In this document: piece by piece, positions 61,823 to 64,000 of the stretch
Layout: each line of letters begins with the position of its first letter
How positions within the stretch are numbered: the first letter of the stretch is position 1
Source: Botryllus schlosseri
Lineage: Eukaryota
Length of the DNA: 64,000 bases
Reading direction: 5' to 3'
NCBI GenBank assembly: GCA_051294905.1
Contig: CM119376.1
Coordinates: forward strand, 22,446,001-22,510,000
Translations under genes and position numbers: made by a program
Notes under the pieces: model-generated
Databases searched by the model: none
Seen by the model: the letters and a program-made list of their open reading frames with translations, nothing else
Told to the model about the DNA's origin: nothing

Positions 61823-63138
61823 CAGTGGTTGGGAACCTATGGCTCGCGAGCCATATATGACTGTATTGGGCATAAGATATGGCTCTTTGCGAAATTTTTA
61901 TTCTTGTGCTTAATTTATCTATATATGCAGCAACTTGTTATTAAATCTTCAGCACGACCAGTATAATCATTATTGTGGCAGTATAAACATGTCTTAAGAG
62001 GTCTTTTTGTTTGTTTGTTTGTGGTATTCATGGTATTTGTCCACTACTATGGTCATTTACACCCAGGCCCATATTGTTCATTATTTTCCGTAACTGTTGA
62101 CTTATAGCACGGCCCACCTCTAGGCTTTTTGTAAGACACCGCTTACGCGAATGAGGTGGCGAGGTGGAGCCTAAGAAAACCTCCAACACTTAGGTATCGG
62201 AATTCTGAAGTCGACCTCCGTCGGACTCGAACCCGCACCCATTGGTGTTCTTAAGAGGTTGATACAGTGGCGTATTCGGGGTTAGGGGCTCGGACCCCCG
62301 GAATCAGTGCGACGATTACATTCGATTAATATCAGTTATTATAAATTCTATGATATTTACGATGAATTGCGCTATTACAGGTAAGGCATCGCCCGGCCGT
62401 GCCTCACCTATGCCTTACCTCTCCTCCCACGCTTTATTTTCGAACAATAAATAGGCAAGTTGCGTGATTTTGGTAGTAAAAATGTTCAAAATCTAGTAGA
62501 CAAGTGAGGCACTGCGTCACCTAACTCCCCTGACCCCACGTCACTGACACATCACACATTACAGTGGGTATGTATACTGCTGTATATTGACCATGTTTAG
62601 CTCCACCTACGAATCATGGGTCCTCGCATTTAAGATTAGCATCAGGACGAATCTACGATCTCGTATGACGGAAGACAGTTTCAAATTTTGTATGATGCTT
62701 AAACTCAACAATTATCAACCAGACTACAAAGTCAGCAGGAATGCCATGCAACACCAAAAGACGCATGAACTGTAAAACCATGTAAAAAGTAGATTCATAC
62801 TTTTACTGTTGTCTACATCTGTTGGAAATCTATAAATCGTAATTGTCTTAAACTTCGAAAAATATCATATGCCTCTCAGTGCAATAAAATTAAAAATACA
62901 TAACTTGCAAAAGATCTACGTAACTCAAATTTTGCATACTCATTACTCAAATAAAGGCAACCAGCGCGATTAGTACGACTTTTTACAGAGAAATTACGGT
63001 GTACATTGGCGCTTGCATGACGTCACGATTTTTCAATTATGACGTGTTAGTTGATTGGCATGTATGGCTCTTTGAGAGTTCAAATGGAAAAGATAGGGTT
63101 AATATGGCTCTTCGGACGAAAAAGGTTCCCGACTAGTG
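61823..63138 (+). mobile_element. hAT Buster/Charlie deletion derivative with transposase C-terminal remnant
   Basis: Ends cagtggttgggaacct / aggttcccgactagtg. 62587-62775 reads MFSSTY..IRTNLRSRMTEDS..YQPDY..QHQKTH, matching the hAT C-terminal dimerisation region of Buster-type transposases. Confidence 0.78.
62003..62248 (-). mobile_element. 5'-truncated tRNA-derived SINE with 11-bp TSD
   Basis: tcttaagaggt at 61992-62002 and 62249-62259; keeps the B box and (AAAC)n tail, lacks the A box. Confidence 0.9.
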
Positions 63139-64000
63139 TCTAACCTACTATCACTTCGTTTGTGGTCAGTTTGTCTGTGATATAACAGTGGAGGATAAAT
63201 AAAACTCACAATCATGGAATGAATCATTGAATTACCGACCGTGGCGCACCAGTCCCTTTTGTGAGATAAGCGTCACCACCACTTTTTACAATACTACCAC
63301 TAATAATAAGAATATTGAATGACTGGTTGCTCTAATTGTTAGACAAAGGGTTCCTAAAGTATGGGTCGCGACGGCACTAGCGATATTTTCCGTAATATTT
63401 GTAAAATTTCTTCGGTCGCTATGTTGGGATACACGTAGTAAAGTCATAACTACAATATGCCTTTATCATGAAAAGGAACCGACTTTTGTATTACACAAAT
63501 TGGTTTGACTTCATGATAAGCTTTGTCTGACATTGGCTTCTCTGGGGAACATGGTTGGATATCGTTGGGCTAATTTTGAGTGGGGGCGTGCAACGAGCAA
63601 GTGCGGGTATTTGATACGCAGGTATTTCGATGACAATACCTTGCGCGTCCTGACACGAAGACACGAAGTTGTGGCCAACATACTGCTGTGCAAAGTGCAA
63701 TGCCAAAAAGATCGCCGGCTATAAAACCATGGCCAAAATTGACCGTCACTGATTGGCCAAAACCATCGATCACTGGCTAACACATATTTCTTGGCAGACA
63801 AAGTAAGAGTGGTTTTGGGGGTTCTGAAGGACACTGATTCCGAATATGACCTTAGTTTTTTCAAATTGGCTCTTGTTTTGAAGATAACCCATGGGGCTAT
63901 TTTGACCGAAATCTCCCATTTTCGCTGTAATGGCCAGATAGAAAATCGGCTCAGTCGCACTATAAAGTTTAGAAATTCAATCTACTTGTTATTTTTACAC

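Overview
Animal (probably invertebrate) genomic DNA, dense with transposons; the species cannot be determined from the sequence alone. The main content is a tandem array of three paralogous + strand genes for a secreted protein. Each begins with a short signal-peptide exon that the ORF track misses (12555-12662, 35331-35438, 50484-50597). In genes 1 and 2 this splices in phase 0 to one ~3-kb exon (24323-27361, 39497-42547); gene 3's second exon is not in the window. The ~1050-aa products read: signal peptide, RHRR/S convertase site, acidic GSG motif, a VIT-like domain (the inter-alpha-inhibitor heavy-chain type, but with no VWA after it), then seven CUB domains. I do not recognise this architecture and it is the strongest candidate for something undescribed. 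Most of the rest is hAT-type non-autonomous elements with 8-bp target-site duplications (TSDs), nested up to four deep, plus a tRNA-derived SINE whose 3' tail matches a local I-group LINE, an L2/CR1-group LINE fragment and an 85-bp foldback element. All alignments were done by eye; no database searches were run.
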